A DNA stretch of 64,000 nucleotides, from positions 65,224,001 through 65,288,000 of the forward strand of contig OX638153.1 of the NCBI GenBank assembly GCA_951804945.1. The letters run 5' to 3'. Numbering within the stretch: position 1 is the stretch's first letter; each line of letters begins with the position of its first letter. A model generated the notes under the pieces. The model had not been told where the DNA came from. It did no database searches and saw nothing but the letters and a program-made list of their open reading frames with translations. Shown in pieces: positions 61,876 to 64,000 of this stretch. The translations under genes were made by a program, and so were the position numbers. Origin of the DNA: Podarcis cretensis. Taxonomy: Eukaryota.

Positions 61876-63561
61876 CCTGAAATCACATCCTTTAGGGCAG
61901 CTAAAAAAGTAAGCAAAATAAAGGTTATGCTACAGTAATTCATCACCATGTCCAATCCGTCTCTAGGTGACTGCAAAATGTGAGATGTGTCTCACAATTG
62001 AGGAAAGGAAAGGTGAAGATTTACAGAGTTTACTTTAAGTATGCAGGGAATAGTTGTCACTTCAATAAATTTGTAGGCCACATATCAAGCACCTTAAGCA
62101 CCTTATAAATGAAAGATAAATTGCTAGATAACAAATCAGAGTTATGCCTCGCTTGCTATCTGGATTTTGCAAGTGCTTTAGTAAAGTATGTGGATTGTTT
62201 CCGATAACAAAGGGATTACATTGTTGCAGATTACATTGATATAAAGCCAAAAGTACCAATTATATGGGCCTTTCTACATAAAAAGCTTGTTTGCAATTTT
62301 TTTGCTGTATTTGTGCCCTGCTCTCTTTTAGAGCATCAAACACAGAGTTACGAAATATTAGCCATCCAGGTACTAATGGGTTTATCTTCTGGTGGAACTA
62401 TTGAAAGTGATGAAAGCCATTTTAGAGAAAAAAAGATCCAGGGTGAAAGATTCTGATGTGTGTATCCTCTGTATGCCTGCCTCAAGGGCTGATTTAATAA
62501 TGTAGGCTAAAACCCAATTAAAAATATACCAAAAAACATACTTACATTATTTTTAAAAATAAAACTCACTCATTTAATATTTCCCCCCAGAAAGCTTAAG
62601 CTGGAAAGGTCAACTTGTGAGCACACATGAAGGAAATGCAAAGAACTCAGATAAGAAAGTTGAGCCACTTCTAGAGACTGGTAAACACTGGCGAAGGTTC
62701 AACACCTGGAGAGGCAAGGCATACTTCTCCACATCAAATTGTTTGAATTTAATGTGTGGAGAAGGGTGGGAAACAGGATAAGGCTGACAGGCAATGATTG
62801 TGCCAGGTGACTGACAGATGGGCAGGCCCCCCACCCATCTGGGCCACCAGACAGAATTTATTCTCCACCCCTGCTATAAACATAAAAGGTTTTGTAAAGT
62901 TTCTCACAAAGATGTGTATTGTTCCAAGGTTTTCTGAGTGACAGCTACATGTTTAAAAGCAAATTTATAAATGTAAGCAACATATTACTGCTTGTGAAAC
63001 TCAGCATCTTTTTAAAACAAATGCAAGATAGCTATTGAGCTACATACGGTAGATTTGTGCTACTCAACTTGAGTACCGTATCTTGCTGTTCCTTACAAAG
63101 TCACCCCCCCCCTATTCTTTTTTATTCAGTCTGACTTTGTTCATTTGGGCATAATTCTAGGTATGTACACATATGGCTGTTGCTGAAGTCTCTATTTTTG
63201 AAGCTCTTAAGTAGTACTTTATATTGCAATAATAATTAAGCCTGATTGTAACACAAAAAAGAAAAAATGTCGCCTCAGATGTTATGTTATCCAGGTTTGT
63301 TTCAATGAGATGCTTAACACACCCATGCAATGTATAAATATTGAATAATGGGCTGTTAAGTATCCTTTTCCCATTAGGCCATGTATGTCTACATATGTAT
63401 GCTATATGGCTAATATGCATGCTTTAAATAAATTTTAAAGTACTGCACTTTTCAGCAAACCTAGCTTTCCTGCTGCTTTTAACTGCTCGTTTCATGGTGG
63501 TGGTTGTATCGCAAGACTATCCCAAAAACTTCTGCAAAAGGTGGTATAAAAAGCCTTAGAC

Positions 63562-63699
63562 CAGCGTTTCCCCAAACTTGGGTTTGCCAGCTGTTTTTGG
63601 ACTATAACCCCCATCATCCCTGACCACTGGTCCGGACAGCTAGGGATCATGGGAGTTGTAACTCAACACCAGCTGGAGACCCAAGTTTGGGATACACTG
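63562..63699. mobile_element. Palindromic hAT-type MITE
   Basis: cagcgtttccccaaacttggg ... cccaagtttgggatacactg; 8-bp TSD ccttagac / ccttcgac. Confidence 0.85.
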
Positions 63700-64000
63700 C
63701 CTTCGACAAATAACTGATGTGGGTGCAATACGATAAAAACTTTTAAGCTGCAAGGTTTACAGCTGCAAGCAGTTAAAAGGCCTCAGGTGAAAGGGGCGGG
63801 TGGTAACAAAAGAGTGTTAATTCAAAAACCCATCCAGAGTTAAGCACAACAAAGAAATGCTTTGCTAAAACAAGTATCTGTAAAATCAGAAGCACAAGCT
63901 GCTTGGGAGTGAACTGAATAAGTAAGTGCAACACAGAGCTGGGCTGCAAAAAGCTATAAAACACGGGCTGAATTGCTGCAAGCAGGGCAGGCAAAAGGTC

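Noticed and set aside
62000-64000. CEP63 first exon or ANAPC13 bidirectional promoter
   Set aside because: No CpG island or recognisable exon here; probably beyond the window.

Overview
Vertebrate genomic DNA, almost certainly a squamate and probably a lacertid-type lizard, judged from Sauria SINEs, BovB and squamate-style MITEs. It holds two convergent multi-exon genes in the arrangement known from human 3q22. KY (kyphoscoliosis peptidase, transglutaminase-like) is on the + strand: 11 coding exons, 3594-31852, about 658 aa, with an intact Cys/His/Asp triad. CEP63 is on the - strand: 14 coding exons, 61875-38110, about 690 aa; its non-coding first exon and promoter probably lie beyond the right edge. 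I assembled both gene models by hand from GT-AG junctions, phase continuity and recalled similarity to the human proteins. Introns and flanks carry many transposon relics: CR1, L2, L1-like, BovB, Sauria SINE, Tc1/mariner-like and hAT MITEs, and solo LTRs. I found no evidence for a wholly new gene system, and most ORFs in the track are noise. The best second-look items are: (i) a shared BovB/Sauria SINE 3' stem-loop with a compensatory base-pair change; (ii) a TSD-bounded solo LTR with promoter motifs and an internal tRNA-Leu PBS-like sequence, antisense in a CEP63 intron; (iii) three in-frame acceptors at KY exon 3; (iv) a stop-start uORF at the KY initiator; (v) a MITE nested in an LTR-like repeat family.
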